This document shows positions 27,893-43,328 of a stretch of DNA of 64,000 bases, piece after piece; position 1 is the first letter of the stretch, and the number at the start of each line of letters is the position of its first letter. The stretch spans positions 20,708,001-20,772,000 of the forward strand of contig OX597839.1 in the NCBI GenBank assembly GCA_951406725.2, written 5' to 3'. Source of the stretch: Octopus vulgaris. Taxonomy: Eukaryota. Under the pieces are notes generated by a model. The model saw only the letters and a list, made by a program, of their open reading frames with translations, made no database searches and had not been told where the DNA came from. The position numbers were made by a program, and so were the translations under genes.

Positions 27893-28309
27893 CACACACA
27901 CACACACACACATATAGATAATTCTTCGCCTGCGCCTTTTTTTTTTTTTTTTACCTTTTTTCTTATGGTTTTGTTTTTTCGTTATCCAGGAGGCGTGTAA
28001 GGTCTTCCGGTGAGGGTGAGGTTGGGAGAGAGAGAGAGAGAGAGAGACGGAGGGAGGGAGAGATCCCTCTTTTGTTATATTTTCTTTCTTAGCTTCACCC
28101 CCTCCACCTTACTACCATTAACCTTCCAACTTCCACCATTGCCCCCTTACCGCCAAAACGTCCCCACCGCCCTTTGTCAACACCTCCTCTGCGCCACACC
28201 GCCTCATCAACCACCACCACCCCCAATCATCAACACCACCACCGTCACCGTCAGTAGTCTCGTATCATTAAATCGACGACGGACCCCCCTCCCCCGCCGT
28301 CATCACCAC

Positions 28310-28820
28310 CACTATTACTGCTATCTCTACTACTACAACTACCACCACCACCACTACAAATATAACTAACACCAATACTTCTACCACCACCATTACCGTC
28401 ACTACTACTACTACTATTGCTGCTACTACTACTACTACTACTACTACCACGATTGCTAATACTACTACTACCACCACCATTACCGTCACTACTACTACTA
28501 CTACCACTATTGCTATTACTACTACTACTACTACCACTATTGCTAATACTACTACTACTACCACTATTGCTATTACTACTACTACTACTACTACTACCAC
28601 TATTGCTAATACTACTACTGCTACTACCACTATTGCTAATACTACTACTACTACCACTATTGCTATTACTACTACTACTACTACCACTATTGCTATTACT
28701 ACTACTACCACCACCACCACTACAAATACAACTAACACTAATACTTCTACCACCACCACCATTACCGTCACTACTACTACCACCACCACCACCACCACCA
28801 ATACCACTACTACTGCTACT
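28310..28820. repeat. (CTA)n/(CCA)n compound trinucleotide repeat
   Basis: Directly visible. Confidence 0.95.
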
Positions 28821-29149
28821 ACAGTTGCTTAACTCACACCATCACCATCAATTCGCTGCCATGCTTCAACTTCCACCTCTCTCACATTGTTCAACTCCTA
28901 CCACCACCATTACCAATGCCACCACCCCCGCTGCCACTACTATCACCACCACTACAACCACTATTACCAACACCTCCACTATCACCGTCACCACCGCCCC
29001 TATATTAGTATCACATCCCCTAAATTATTCACCCACCCCGTTGCTTTTTTTTTTGTTTTTTTTTTTTCAATAGTATTTTCCGCCCGTCCCCTTGTTTATT
29101 CTATCTTCGTTTTAGAGAGACTGAGAAAGTGAGGGAGAGAATGAGAGAA

Positions 29150-29610
29150 ACTGAGAGAGAGAGAGAGAGATAGGCAAATGCTTAAGGAGAGAGAAGGAGG
29201 GAGAGAGGGATAGACAGAGAGAGAGAGAGGGATAGACAGAGAGAGAGAGAGGGATAGACAGAGAGAGAGAGAGAGAGAGAGACAGGCAAATACTTAGGGA
29301 GAGAGAAGGAGGGAGAGAGAGAGAGAGAGAGAGAGAGACAGGCAAATAGTTAGGGAGAGAGGGATAGACAGAGAGAGACAGGCAAATGCTTAGGGAGAGA
29401 GAAGATAGAGAAAGAGAGACAGAGAGAGACAGGCAAATGCTTAGGGAGAGAGAAGAAGGGAGAGAAGGATAGACAGAGACAGAGAGAGACAGGCAAATGC
29501 TTAGGGAGAGAGAAGAAGGGAGAGAAAGAGAGACAGAGAGAGACAGGCAAATGCTTAGGGAGAGAGAAGGAGGGAGAGAAAGATAGACAGAGAGAGACAG
29601 GCAAAGACCT
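29150..29610. repeat. Purine-rich 50-60-bp minisatellite (gagacaggcaaatgcttagggagagag)
   Basis: About 8 recurrences of aggcaaa(t) units within (GA)n. Confidence 0.9.
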
Positions 29611-29760
29611 GGGTGGAGAGTGATAGAGGGAGAGAGAAAGAAAGAAACAGTGGTAGAGAGAAACGTTTATAGAGAAGTTAGTTACAGAAAGTGAGAGACT
29701 ATTATATCCAGGAAGAGAGAGACAGAAAGAGAGAGAGAAGAAAACAGCTGAGAGATGAAC

Positions 29761-29796
<36 letters not shown>

Positions 29797-29805
29797 GTTC
29801 GGGTG

Positions 29806-29840
<35 letters not shown>

Positions 29841-29842
<2 letters not shown>

Positions 29843-30064
29843 TCTTTTACTCTTTTACTTGTTTCAGTCATTTGACTGCGGCCATGCTGGAGCACCGCCT
29901 TTAGTCGAGCAAATCGACCTCCGGGACTTATTCTTTGTAAGCCCAGTACTTATTCTATCGGTCTCTTTTTGCCGAACCGCTAAGTGACGGGAACGTAAAC
30001 ACACCAGCATCGGTTGTCAAGCAATGCTAGGGGGACAAACACAGACACACAAACACACACACAC

Positions 30065-30097
<33 letters not shown>

Positions 30098-30266
30098 CGT
30101 ATATACGACAGGCTTCTTTCAGTTTTCCGTCTACCAAATCCACTCACAAGGCATTGGTCGGCCCGGGGCTATAGCAGAAGACACTTGCCCAAGATGCCAC
30201 GCAGTGGGACTGAACCCGGAACCATGTGTGCTTGGTTAGCAAGCTACTTACCACACAGCCACTCCT
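29841..30266 (-). mobile_element. Full-length young family-A SINE
   Basis: Near-identical to the copies at 12485, 45744 and 54849. Confidence 0.92.
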
Positions 30267-30268
30267 GT

Positions 30269-30345
<77 letters not shown>

Positions 30346-30595
30346 GTGGAACAAAGAGAAATTGAGGAATGTCGATGGCGAAAAAGAGTTTGAGAGAGGC
30401 ATACGGATATATGAAGAGTTGCAGGCAGTCACTAGAGAGGAAGAGAGGGATACAGATATATGGAGAGCGTTTACAGAAAGAGAACTAGAGGGAGAGATAG
30501 ACAGATATGTACACCCATATGCAGAAAGAGGAAACGAGATGGCTAATAGAGAGAGTAAGTAAGAAAGGGCGGGAGATATATATATATATATATAT

Positions 30596-30800
30596 ATATA
30601 CTTTATTTAAAAGCAGCAGAAATTTAACGAAAGCTGTTACTCGGAGTTTCACGTTCCCGTTCGTCGGACAGTTTGACGAACGAGAACGTGAAACTCCGAG
30701 TAACAGCTTTCGTTAAATTTCTGCTGCTTTTAAATAAAGTATATTACTCTACCTCTGGTATTCGAGTACTCTTTTTTCACATTTATGTGTTTACTCCGGT
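30596..30800. mobile_element. Fold-back Penelope-like remnant: 70-bp-arm hairpin with mirrored hammerheads
   Basis: Arms 30596-30665 and 30675-30744 with one mismatch and a 9-nt loop; the right copy continues through aataaa to a T-rich tail; (TA)n on both sides. Confidence 0.8.
30634..30671 (-). ncRNA. Minimal type-I hammerhead motif (U4C variant)
   Basis: Reverse complement ctgt-CCGACGA-acg ggaa cgt-GAAA-ctccgag-TA-acag. Confidence 0.7.
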
Positions 30801-30868
30801 ATATATATATATACATACATACATACATACATACATACATACATACATGCATATATATATATATATAT

Positions 30869-30925
<57 letters not shown>

Positions 30926-30972
30926 CATACATACATACATATATATATACATACATACATACATAGATATAT

Positions 30973-31054
<82 letters not shown>

Positions 31055-31070
31055 CAAAAGGCAGACATAC

Positions 31071-31101
<31 letters not shown>

Positions 31102-31567
31102 AATGAGATAGAGATGTATAGAGTCAAAGTTCGCTTCCTTCTTAAGAGTGTTCTGAGCCATCTTTGAGTTCTATAACTACGCCATCACCACTACCGCTAC
31201 CATCGCAACCACTACCACCGCCGCCGCTCCAACCACCACCACAATCACCATCACCATCAGCACCATCACCGCTATCATTATTATAGTCGCCGCCGCCATC
31301 ACTTTCACTACTACAACCACCATTCCTAGCCACCCCCCCACCTCCCACCGCTTCTCTTCCGCATCTTACAACTGCTACCATCACCACCACCACCACCACC
31401 GCCGCCTTTACCACCTCGACCGGCTTATAGGCTTTTTTTCTTTCTTTTTTCTTTACCTTCCATTTTTTCCTCTTCTTTTTTCCCTCTTTTTTTCTCAATT
31501 TATTTTACAATGTTATAGTTTTTTTCATATATTTTCCTGTAGTCGGGGTGGGAGGGGCAGTGTGTTT

Positions 31568-31605
<38 letters not shown>

Positions 31606-31770
31606 ACGTATATGTACGTTAGTATATATTTACAAATGTGTGTATGTATATAGATTTGTGTGTGTGTATATAGTGTACATTTAGATGCATGTGTATACAC
31701 ACACAAACACACATATATACACACACACACACATATATATACACACACATATATATATACACACACATAT

Positions 31771-31861
<91 letters not shown>

Positions 31862-31969
31862 CTTACATATACAAATTCAAGTATATAAAGATTTTTTTAT
31901 GCGTTTATACATGTTTATTCCGTGTAGATACATTATGTATTGTGTATGTGTAGATACATTGTACGCACG

Positions 31970-32050
<81 letters not shown>

Positions 32051-32149
32051 GTGCTTTCACAAACCAACTTTCTTATCTATATATATATATACACATACAC
32101 ACACACTGCATATGTACACGTATATGTCCACATTCATTCATACAAACAC

Positions 32150-32207
<58 letters not shown>

Positions 32208-32359
32208 ATGTGCATAACACACGCTGGCATATTCAGTGATTTTAACCCAGCTAAAGATACCTGATTGCCTGTATCAATCGAATCAGTATTGTCCCCATCC
32301 AAATCTCAACACATCCCTGCCTTCCCACCAACTCCTGCACAGCTTAATAACGTTCTGTA

Positions 32360-32659
32360 CTTATTATCATTATTATTATCATTATTATTATCATTATTAT
32401 TATCATTATTATTATCATTATTATTATCATTATTATTATCATTATTATTATCATTATTATTATCATTATTATCATTATTATTATTAGTATTGTTATTATT
32501 ATTATCATTATCGTTATTATTATTATCATCATTATCATTATTATTATCATTATTATTATCATTATTATCATTATTATTATTAGTATCGTTATTATTATTA
32601 TCATCATTATTATTATTAGTAGTATTATTATTATCATTATTAGTAGTAGTATTGTTATT

Positions 32660-32707
<48 letters not shown>

Positions 32708-32729
32708 ATTATCATTATTATTAGCATTA

Positions 32730-32766
<37 letters not shown>

Positions 32767-32805
32767 TATTATTATTATTATTACCATCATTATTATTATT
32801 ATTTA

Positions 32806-32844
<39 letters not shown>

Positions 32845-32845
32845 C
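32360..32845. repeat. (ATT)n/(ATC)n trinucleotide repeat
   Basis: Directly visible. Confidence 0.95.
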
Positions 32846-32950
32846 TGAGGCGACTGCGGCAGTGTTGGTTGTGATGGGGACAAACGATTGTGAGGGGGGT
32901 CCCTCTAAAATTTTCGGGGATTTCCTTCAGTTATATTTATTTGGAATTGT

Positions 32951-33000
<50 letters not shown>

Positions 33001-33469
33001 AACTCTCCCTTTTTCTCTGCTCTCCTTTTCGTTACTCTTCGCTTGTCTCATCTGCAAATCCTCCGCCCTTCACCTCCGTCTTAACCCCACCTCTTTGTGT
33101 GTACATCGCTCTTTCTCTCCTCCCTCCTTAGATTTTGTTTCTTTTTTGTTTTTGCTTTTCTTGTTATTTTGGTTGGGTTTTTTTAGGTTAAGGGTATATC
33201 TTTGACTGATACCTCTTATATAATTGTAACATCATAGTCTTATACATCTTCATACACACACACACTCACACACACACACACACACAGCAGCAAATACGCA
33301 CACACACACACACACACACAAGCACGGACACACAAACACAGACTGTAACCCTTACATACATACATTCAATTATACATGCGTCTTTATTACATATATACAC
33401 GCACACACACAACTACAAATGCATATAATATGTATATTGTTGATTATATACTTTTTATTCTGTTGCATA

Positions 33470-33599
33470 TTCTTTGTAAGCCTAGTAATTTATCGGTCTC
33501 TTTTGCCGAACCGCTAGTTACTGAGGGGGGGGGTGTTATAATCACACCAAGACCGGTTGTCAAGCGATGTTGGGGACACACATACACACACACGCATAT

Positions 33600-33674
<75 letters not shown>

Positions 33675-33805
33675 CGGGTTTCTTTCAGTTTCCGTCTACC
33701 AAATCCACTCACAAAGCTTTGGTCGGCTCGAGGCCATTGTAGAAGATACCTTCCCAAGGTGCCACGCAGCGAAACTGAACCCGGAACCATGTGGTTGGTA
33801 AGCAA
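33470..33805 (-). mobile_element. Family-A SINE, partial
   Basis: tctttgtaagcctagt...ggaaccatgtggttggtaagc. Confidence 0.85.
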
Positions 33806-33978
33806 CACACACACACACTCACACATATATATGCAAGCATTTATTTGCATAAATGTTCTTACAACACACACACACACACGTATCATTATACAAATTTCAC
33901 GCATATGAAGTAATGTGTGTGTGTGTCTGTGTATATGTATATATTTCTAGATACATGCATTTGTGTGTGTATGTATTT

Positions 33979-34021
<43 letters not shown>

Positions 34022-34350
34022 CACACATATGCCTTTTGACATACATTCATTGACTTCTCCAAACAACAATAATTGCACACACACACACACACACGCACGC
34101 ACGCAGACAGTGTCAGTTCGATAAAGAGAGAAACTGCGAAGAGTAAGGGGAGGACGTGCGGAGAGCTGTGAGTGACTCAGTTGGGGGAGAGGGTCTTGAG
34201 TGAGAGTGTGAGTGTGAGTGAGGTGCGGAGAATGACAGAGTTGAATAGAATATGAATTGGAGGAGGAGGAGAGGGTGAGATATTGAGTGTGGAGAAGGGA
34301 GGGTCCAGGAAGTGAGGGTCCTTCACTTAAATCAAGATCCTCTGTTCTAC

Positions 34351-34460
<110 letters not shown>

Positions 34461-34504
34461 AAGAAAACGATATACAGACAGGCATATATATATACTCGCA
34501 TGAA

Positions 34505-34558
<54 letters not shown>

Positions 34559-35273
34559 CACACACGCACACAGAGTTCCGCATATAGATACACAGACAGT
34601 TCTACATACAGACACACAGTGAAACACTCACACATACATACATTGCATACACACACACACACACATACATGTATTATATATATATATATACATACATATA
34701 TATATATACATGTATATATATATATATATACACACAGACAGACATACACACATTGAAGCATGCAAAACACGCATACACAGATACTTATATACATCATACA
34801 CAAATATGTGTGTGTGTCTATATATGCATATTTATGCGCATATATGTATGTGTGTGTGTATATATATGTGTGTGTGTATATTTATGTGTGTATATATGCG
34901 TGTATATAGGTATGTGTGTGTATTTACATGTGTGTGTATATGTATATATATATATGTGTGTGTGTGTGTTCGTGTGTGTATATATAAACATGCGTATATC
35001 ACATGTAACCTGGCACATTCATAAACATACATTCACAAAGATACCCCCAACACACACAGACACACAAACACACGCCACACCTATCCCCCGTTCCACTGTC
35101 CTTCTCCTCACCCACCCATCGCCTACTCCTGTCATCACTCCACTGTCATCACCCTCGTCCCAGGGGGGTGGCATTCACTTGCAACTACCTTATGCATAAT
35201 ACAGGAGCTTACCTACACACCACCCTTCCATATACTTCCCATACGCCGCTCCACGTCTCAGCTCCCACCCCTC

Positions 35274-35310
<37 letters not shown>

Positions 35311-35379
35311 TGCCCTGCCCCCCTGGAAACGGATACAAACATAGATACATCACTGTTCTCTTCTGGCCAAGATTTCCAT

Positions 35380-36120
35380 TCTTATCATCATCGTTATCAT
35401 CATCACTATCGTCTTCATCAACACCTCGGCCACCAGCTTCCTCATCATCTTAATGTCAACTGCTGTCGCATCCACCGCCGTCACTACCACCACCACCACC
35501 ACCGCCCCCGCCGCCGCCACCATCTTAAACTTCGTTACTCTCACTACTACCGCCACCGCTACTACACCATCGCCACCATCATATCACAGCAACTGACATC
35601 TCCATCACCACCATCATGCCCGCCACCATAAACATCATCACCAGTACCGCCGTCACCACCACCACTACCACCATCATCATCATCATCATCATCATCGCCA
35701 ACACTACAACCACCATCACTACCATCATCGTCACCATCATCAACATCATCATCAGCACCGCCATTACCACTACCACCATCATCATCATCATCATTACTAC
35801 AACCACCATCACTACCATCATTGCCACCACGACCACCACCATCACTTTCACCCTCATCACTGCCACTACCATCAGCCTCACCATCATCAACATCACCATC
35901 ATCATCATCCCCGTCACTCTCATCACTACCACCACCAGTACCGCCATCACCTTCATTAACATCACCGCCGCTACCACCACCACCACCACCACCACCATTA
36001 TCATCACCGCCATCACCACCATCATCACAATGTTCATTGTCATTACCACCACCTTCGCCACCATCCGCTGCAATAATCACCGTCTCCCCAACCACGACCA
36101 CCACCAACACCATCACCTCC
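35380..36120. repeat. (CAC/CAT)n low-complexity tract
   Basis: Directly visible. Confidence 0.9.
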
Positions 36121-36349
36121 CCCCCCCCACATTACGACCTCACTCACCAAACAATAACCATTGACAATTTCTCTCTTACCACTGAGAAATCGAAATAAAT
36201 AAATAAATAAATAAAAAGGTGAATATGAAATATTAAACAAGAAAAAAACAGTTTTAGAAATGTCTTGCTTCTGAAAATCACTCGCACAGACACAGACACA
36301 GATGTACGTATATAAAAAAATTATCTATGTTATATATACATATATATAA

Positions 36350-36398
<49 letters not shown>

Positions 36399-37338
36399 AA
36401 ATTTTATATATATATATATATAATATAAATAGTATATATATAATATAAAATAAAATATATCATATATATATAATATAAAATAAAATAAATTACATATATG
36501 TGTATGTATGTATGTATGTATGTATAAAATAAATTTTATATATATATATAATATAGATATATATATATATATATAATATAAAATAAAATATATTATATAT
36601 ATATAATATGAAATAAAATAAATTATATATATATATATATGTGTGTGTATAAAATAAAATAAATATATATATATATAATATAAAATATAAAAATTATATA
36701 ATATAAAATAAAATAAGTAATATATATATGTATATAATATATATATATATTTCTCTGTGTGTGTATACACACGCAAAAGAGTCACCCACGTTGCTGCGTG
36801 CACACACAGACACAGAAATGGACTACCAACCATTCACCTTACTCCAAAGGCGCGCGCACACACACACACAGATACACTGTCAACCGTAGTCAATCATCTA
36901 CAGTCGCAAAGACCCATAGAACTGGAATGGTTAAGGAATATATTGCATACGGTCATACACGCGCACACACACATAACTGACAAATGTCTTCTACTACAGC
37001 TTGTGATTTTAGTGGAAGGAAATTGGGTGGAAGCCCGTTGTTTATATATATAATAATATATATAAATATATAATAATAATAATATTAGGGAGTATAACTC
37101 CAAACTTACTGGGAAAAATTCAATTTAGTATTAAATCAAATTTGAAAGTATAAATATATAATATATAAAATATGAATTATATATATATCTACATTATATC
37201 TATCATTCATTTTATACTTTTTGAAAAAAAAAAAATATATATATATTATTTTAATCATATATATTATTTGTTATTTATGTATTGGTTTATGTCTATCACT
37301 GTTTGAGTTACATAATAGTGGTTTTATCTCTGATTTAT

Positions 37339-37375
<37 letters not shown>

Positions 37376-37599
37376 GTGTGTGTGTGTGTATGTATGTATG
37401 TATATGTATATATAGTCATAAATTACAGGAAACTACTTTGATGAAATCTTATTTAACAAGAAAATTCTCATATCATGACAAATTGTTTCGTAACTTAAAA
37501 ACATGTAAATAATCTATATTATTATATTTACTAGAAAATAAATTACATGTCTGCATTAATACAAAGCGCAAAGATTTCTTCAAAGCAATGCTCGCACAC

Positions 37600-37802
37600 A
37601 CTCTCCACCGCTTGACAACCAGCGTTGGTTTGTTCACGTCCCCCGTATCTTTGCTATTCGGCAAAAGAGAAAGATTGAAAGAAGTACCAGTCTTTCGTTC
37701 GACAAAACCCTTTCAAGGAGGGGCCCCCAGCAAAGCCACAGCCTCGGGCCGACCAAAGCCATGTAAGTGGATTTGGTAGACGGAAACTGAAAGAAGCCCG
37801 TC

Positions 37803-37834
<32 letters not shown>

Positions 37835-38137
37835 TACTTTACTCTGCAATGTATTGAGTACCTTATTTACTGTGGTTAACCCCGACTCAACCCGGGACCT
37901 ACATATATATATATATGTATGTATGTTTTTTTTTTGTTTCATTCATTTGACTGTGGCCATGCTGGAGCAAGGCCTTTAGTCGAACAAATCGACCCCCGGG
38001 ACTTCTTTGTAAGCCTAGTATTGATTCCATCGATCCCTTTTGTCGAACTGCTAAGTTACAGAGACGTAAGCACACCAACATCGATTGCCAAGCGATAGTG
38101 GGGGGACAAACACAGACATACAAACATAAACATATAA

Positions 38138-38174
<37 letters not shown>

Positions 38175-38465
38175 TGACAGGCTTCTTTCAGTTTCCGCCT
38201 GTCAAATCCCCTCACAAGACTTTGTTCGGCCCGAGGCTATGTATATTTATATATATCTTTGTGTGTCTGTGTTTCTCTCTCTACCATCGCTGGACAACCG
38301 ATGTTGGTGTGTTTACGTCCCCGTAACATTAGCGGTTCGCTCAAGAGACCGATAGAATAAGTGCTAGGCTTACATAGAATAAGTCCTGGGGGGTCGATTT
38401 TTTTTTTCCACTAATGGCGATGCTCCAGCATGGCCGCAGTCAAATGACTGAAACGAATAAAAGAA
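37600..38465. mobile_element. Composite of family-A SINEs with an antiparallel nested copy
   Basis: Plus-strand 5' part 37740-37805, minus-strand copy 37930-38240, plus-strand 3' part 38260-38465. Confidence 0.8.
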
Positions 38466-39850
38466 TACACACACATAACCTGTAAACCACATTCTTACAC
38501 ACACACACACACACACACACATACACATATGCATGCATATATCAATTATACATCTTTCTTCAATTCTACCCTTATTAACATACCCTTAACTTCCACCCAC
38601 CTGCTTGCTTCTATCATTTCATCATCTCCCCATTTCAGCCAGAGACCCATCTACCTCCTTTCGCACACACACACACGTACATAGAAAGAGGCACACACAC
38701 GCATACGCAGACACACACACTCACACACAGACAGTAATACACGTGTATGCACACATATAGGAGCACACCTGCACACGTAGACGGCAACAACGTGCGTTTC
38801 TCTAGAATTCCGACACCCGTTTGCCGACGGCTCCTCCGCCACTCTCGTCAATAACCCTCACCATCGCAAACAACACAACCACCACCAACACAACAACCAC
38901 CACCATCACCATCACTGTCACCAATACTACCACAACGACCACTATCACTACAACAACAACAACCACCACCACTACTACAACCACCACCACTACTACAACC
39001 ACTACCACTACTACAACCACTACCACCACCTCAACCATCACAACAACCAACCATCACTATAACCAATACTACCACAACCACCACCACCACTACTACAACC
39101 ACCACCACCACTACTACAACCACCACCACCACTACTACAACCACCACCACCACTACTACAACCACCACCACCACTACTACAACCACCACCACCACTACTA
39201 CAACCACCAATACTACAACGACCACTATCACTACTACAACAACCACCACCACCACTACAACCACTACCACTACTACAACCACCACCACCACCTCAACCAT
39301 CACAACCACTACCACCATCACTACTACTCTCACCCCACCCCCATCTCTAAGAACATCTACCCTCACCAACCAGCCTACAGTAATCCCCGACCCATGCCTT
39401 AATAACAGAGGTAGGGGGCGGAGTTTTTGGAAGGGGAGAGGTCACATGACTTCGGTTTGCAAAAGAAAAAAAAAAGTCTCTTTACAAAGCTTTCACACCC
39501 ACCCCGATTAGCCACCCTGAACTCATACGTCACAACCACGACGGCTTTTTTACCACCGCCTCTATTGCAATTTACCGCCATATTAACTTCCACCACAGTT
39601 ATGAAATCACCGCCGCCGCCGCCTTCAGGGGTGGCAACAATACGGCAAACTACCTTAGACACACCACCACTACCACCACCACCACAGCCACTACCACCAC
39701 CACCACCACCACAACCACCACCACCCGGCTCCCGTCTTTTGTACCTTGAACGAACGGAACTTATGACTACTACTACTACTACTACTGCTACTACTACTAC
39801 TACTACTACTACTGCTACAACCACCACCACCACCACCACCACCACCACTA

Positions 39851-39882
<32 letters not shown>

Positions 39883-40124
39883 AAGAATGATGACATTATC
39901 ACCGCCATTGTCATTCAGAAATACTACCACCACAACCAATAGTACAACCACCACAGGAAGTCCCCCACCACTAACACAACCACCAATACCACCACGACCA
40001 CCACCACGGTTCCAATATATAATACCTTGAACGAAGAAAACTTCGTCACACGACGATCGAACGTACGAGACACCTCTACAACAAACGGAGAGGCACATAC
40101 ATATATACATACCTACCTACATAC

Positions 40125-40180
<56 letters not shown>

Positions 40181-40216
40181 ATGTATATGTAGGTATGTAT
40201 GTAGTGTATATATTAC

Positions 40217-40325
40217 GGAGTCATGCCGATTAGAGCTCAGTAGACGCGCCGCAGCGGAGACATGCTGGAGTCGGAGAAAGCCGGGTGGCACAACCGGGTA
40301 GATGTACCGGGTAGAATGATGAAGC
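40217..40325 (-). CDS. Candidate exon (LHHSTRYIYPVVPPGFLRLQHVSAAARLLSSNRHDS; frame uncertain)
   Basis: GC-rich unique island with a strong acceptor aattttttccag| and a weaker donor TCC|GTAATA. The other two frames end in stops, so a terminal exon is also possible. Confidence 0.4.
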
Positions 40326-40605
40326 CTGGAAAAAATTAACGGTCTGTTTCAATCAAATCATCTTCCATATTGATGCAAACACACACACACACATACACGC
40401 ACGCACATAAGCACATACACACACAACGCACATGAGCACATTGCATGCATACATACATACATACATACATACATACATCTGTCGTTCTGTCTATCGTTAT
40501 ATCTATGTATGGTCATGTGTTTGTTAGTTTTACACTATTTATCTTCCTCTCTCTATTTCCCCCTTTCTCTCTCTTCCCTCTCTCTTCTCTCTCTCTCTCT
40601 CTCTC

Positions 40606-40640
<35 letters not shown>

Positions 40641-40644
<4 letters not shown>

Positions 40645-40867
40645 CTGTACTACCCACAAGGGGCTAAACACAGAGGCGACAAACAAGGACAGACAAACGG
40701 ATTAAGTCGATTACATCGACCCCATTGCGTAATTGCTACTTAATTTATCGACCCCGAAAGGATGAAAGGCAAAGTCGACCTCAGCGGAATTTGAACCCAG
40801 AACGTAGCGGCAGACGAAATATGGCTACGCATTTCGCCCGGCGTGCTAACGTTCTGCCAGCTCGCCT
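40641..40867 (-). mobile_element. Family-B SINE
   Basis: Homologous to 17281-17513. Confidence 0.9.
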
Positions 40868-41048
40868 TATATATATATATATATATATGTATTTATATAT
40901 ATATTTATATATTTATATATATATATATATATAGAGTGAGAGAGAGAGCTATATATAGACTTCCTACACTTTGATCTTGCATCTTACCTTTACACACACA
41001 TACACACATATATATAGTATGATATACATATAAATATATATATATATA

Positions 41049-41310
41049 AAGGGCATTCCTACACATAAATGCCTCACGTTTTTAGGCACTCTTAAAGTTA
41101 AAAGTACCATAATAAATACACACTGTATTTCTTTATGGTAGTTTTGACTTCAAGAGTCCCTAACAGCGTGAGGCATTTATGTGTAGAAATGCCCTTAATA
41201 TAAATAAATATATATTTAAAGGGAATAATTATAAATTTTTCCCTTATGAGGTTTTTCACGCTAACTACTTGATAAATTCCTATAAAGATTTTATCCCATT
41301 TTTAATTTAT
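41049..41310 (+). mobile_element. Older fold-back element (72-bp imperfect arms, 3-nt loop) between (TA)n tracts
   Basis: Arms 41049-41120 and 41124-41196; the right copy continues into an AT-rich tail. Confidence 0.7.
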
Positions 41311-41566
41311 ATATATATATATATATATTGACTTACACACGTAGATATACACATGTGTACTTACATATACACATTTTCACTCGTTTATACACACAATCAC
41401 ACACACACACACATGTATATATGTACTTTTGGAAAAGGATGCGTGGCGTTCGATTATATAATAATATAAATACATATATACATACATATATGTACATACC
41501 TACATATATATATATGTATATATACATGCATATATGGGTACAGGACATCAAAGAACATTGAACACA

Positions 41567-41597
<31 letters not shown>

Positions 41598-41632
41598 CAC
41601 ACACATATACATATACATACATACATACATAT

Positions 41633-41855
41633 ACTCTCTTTTTACTCTTTACTCTTTTACTTGTTTCAGTCATTTGACTGCGGCCATGCTGGAGCACCGC
41701 CTTTAATCGAGCAACTCGACCCCGGGACTTATTCTTTTGTAAGCCCAGTACTTATTCTATCGGTTCGCTTTTGCCGAACCGCTAAGTGACGGGGACGTAC
41801 ACACACCAGCATCGGTTGTCAAGCAATGCTAGGGGGACGAACACAGACACACAAA
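41633..41855 (-). mobile_element. Family-A SINE, 3' half
   Basis: Matches other copies and has an (actctttt)n tail. Confidence 0.9.
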
Positions 41856-42252
41856 CATATATATATATATATATATATGCATAATTATATATATCCGAGT
41901 GTGTGTGTTTGTGTGCACGTGTATATAGAAGGAAAGAACATTTATGCTAACATAGGTTGCGTGTGTATAATACACACACACACACACACACACACACACT
42001 ACATTCTTTTGTGGCTATTACTCACAAGTGGTGTTTAGAAATGTCCATTCTTTTCAACGCAGTCACCAGCATCCACATCATTATCTTCATCTTTATAATC
42101 GTTATCATCAACATGGTCGTTGTCAGCAGTGTCAGCGGTGTTTTCATTGTCAGTGTTGTTATTGTCGTTGTTGTCGCTGTTGTAGTTGTTATTGTTGTTG
42201 TTGCAATCATTTTTTAAAAAATTATTACTACTAATATTTATTGACAATTGAA

Positions 42253-43060
42253 GGGGGCGAGCTGGCAGAATCGTTAGCACGCCGGACGAAATGCTTACTA
42301 GCATTTCGTCCGTCTTTACGTCCTGAGTTTAAAATTTCACTGAGGTCGACTTTGCCTTTCGTCCTATCGGGATCGATAAAATAAGTGCCAGTTGAGTCGA
42401 TGTAATTGGAGGTAACTATCCGTTACCACCAAAACTGCTGGCCTTGGGCTAAAATTTCAGACCGATGTTATTTATTTCATTATTGTCCACAGGGGTGGGG
42501 GGTCAAACAAGGGCATGCAAAGGGATTAATTCGATTCCATCGACCCCAGTGCATAACTGGTACTTAATTTATCGACGCCGAAATGATGAAAGGCAAAGTC
42601 GACCTCGGCGGAATTCGAACTCAGAACGTAACGACAGACGAAATACCTGTTTCTTTACTACCCACAAGGGGCTAAACACAGAGAGGACAAACAAGGACAG
42701 ACAAACGGATTAAGTCGATTATATCGACCCCAGTGCGTAACTGGTACTTATTTAATCGATCCCGAAATGATGAAAAGCAAAGTTGACTTCGGCGGAATTT
42801 GAACTCAGAACGTAGCGGCAGACGAAATACGGCTAAGCATTTCGCCCAGCGTGTTATCGATTCCGCCAGCTCGCCTCCCTATGAGACCAATATTATTGGT
42901 AGCTAAAGGAGGCGAACTGTCAGAATCGTTAGAGCGCCGAACAAAATACTTAGCGGCATTTCTTCCGGTTCTTCACATTCTTAGTTCAAATACCGCCAAC
43001 GATAACTTTAACTTTCATCCTTTGGGGGTCGATAAAAATTACTGGCCTAGTCCCAAAATT
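42253..43060. mobile_element. Cluster of family-B SINEs (plus copy, minus-strand dimer, plus copy)
   Basis: 42253-42460 (+), 42490-42877 (- dimer), 42907-43060 (+). Confidence 0.85.
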
Positions 43061-43156
43061 AGAAAGAATGAATTATTATCATCTCATCAGTTAAATTAGT
43101 AAATATTTTTGTATTATATATTGGTAAATAATAATTCCTTTTTCCTTCACTTTATT

Positions 43157-43214
<58 letters not shown>

Positions 43215-43328
43215 TGCAGTAATGCAATATTTACGTCAAACCTGCTATGTTTATAGTCAAATGCTAATACTTTAGTCATGAAGGGAAAACCGGGAAGAAG
43301 TGTGCGTATATAATTTATATATATTTAT

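Noticed and set aside
40026-40075. Micro-exon (ttgttgtag|...CAAG|GTATT)
   Set aside because: Very short, and its phase does not fit the 40217 donor; insufficient support.
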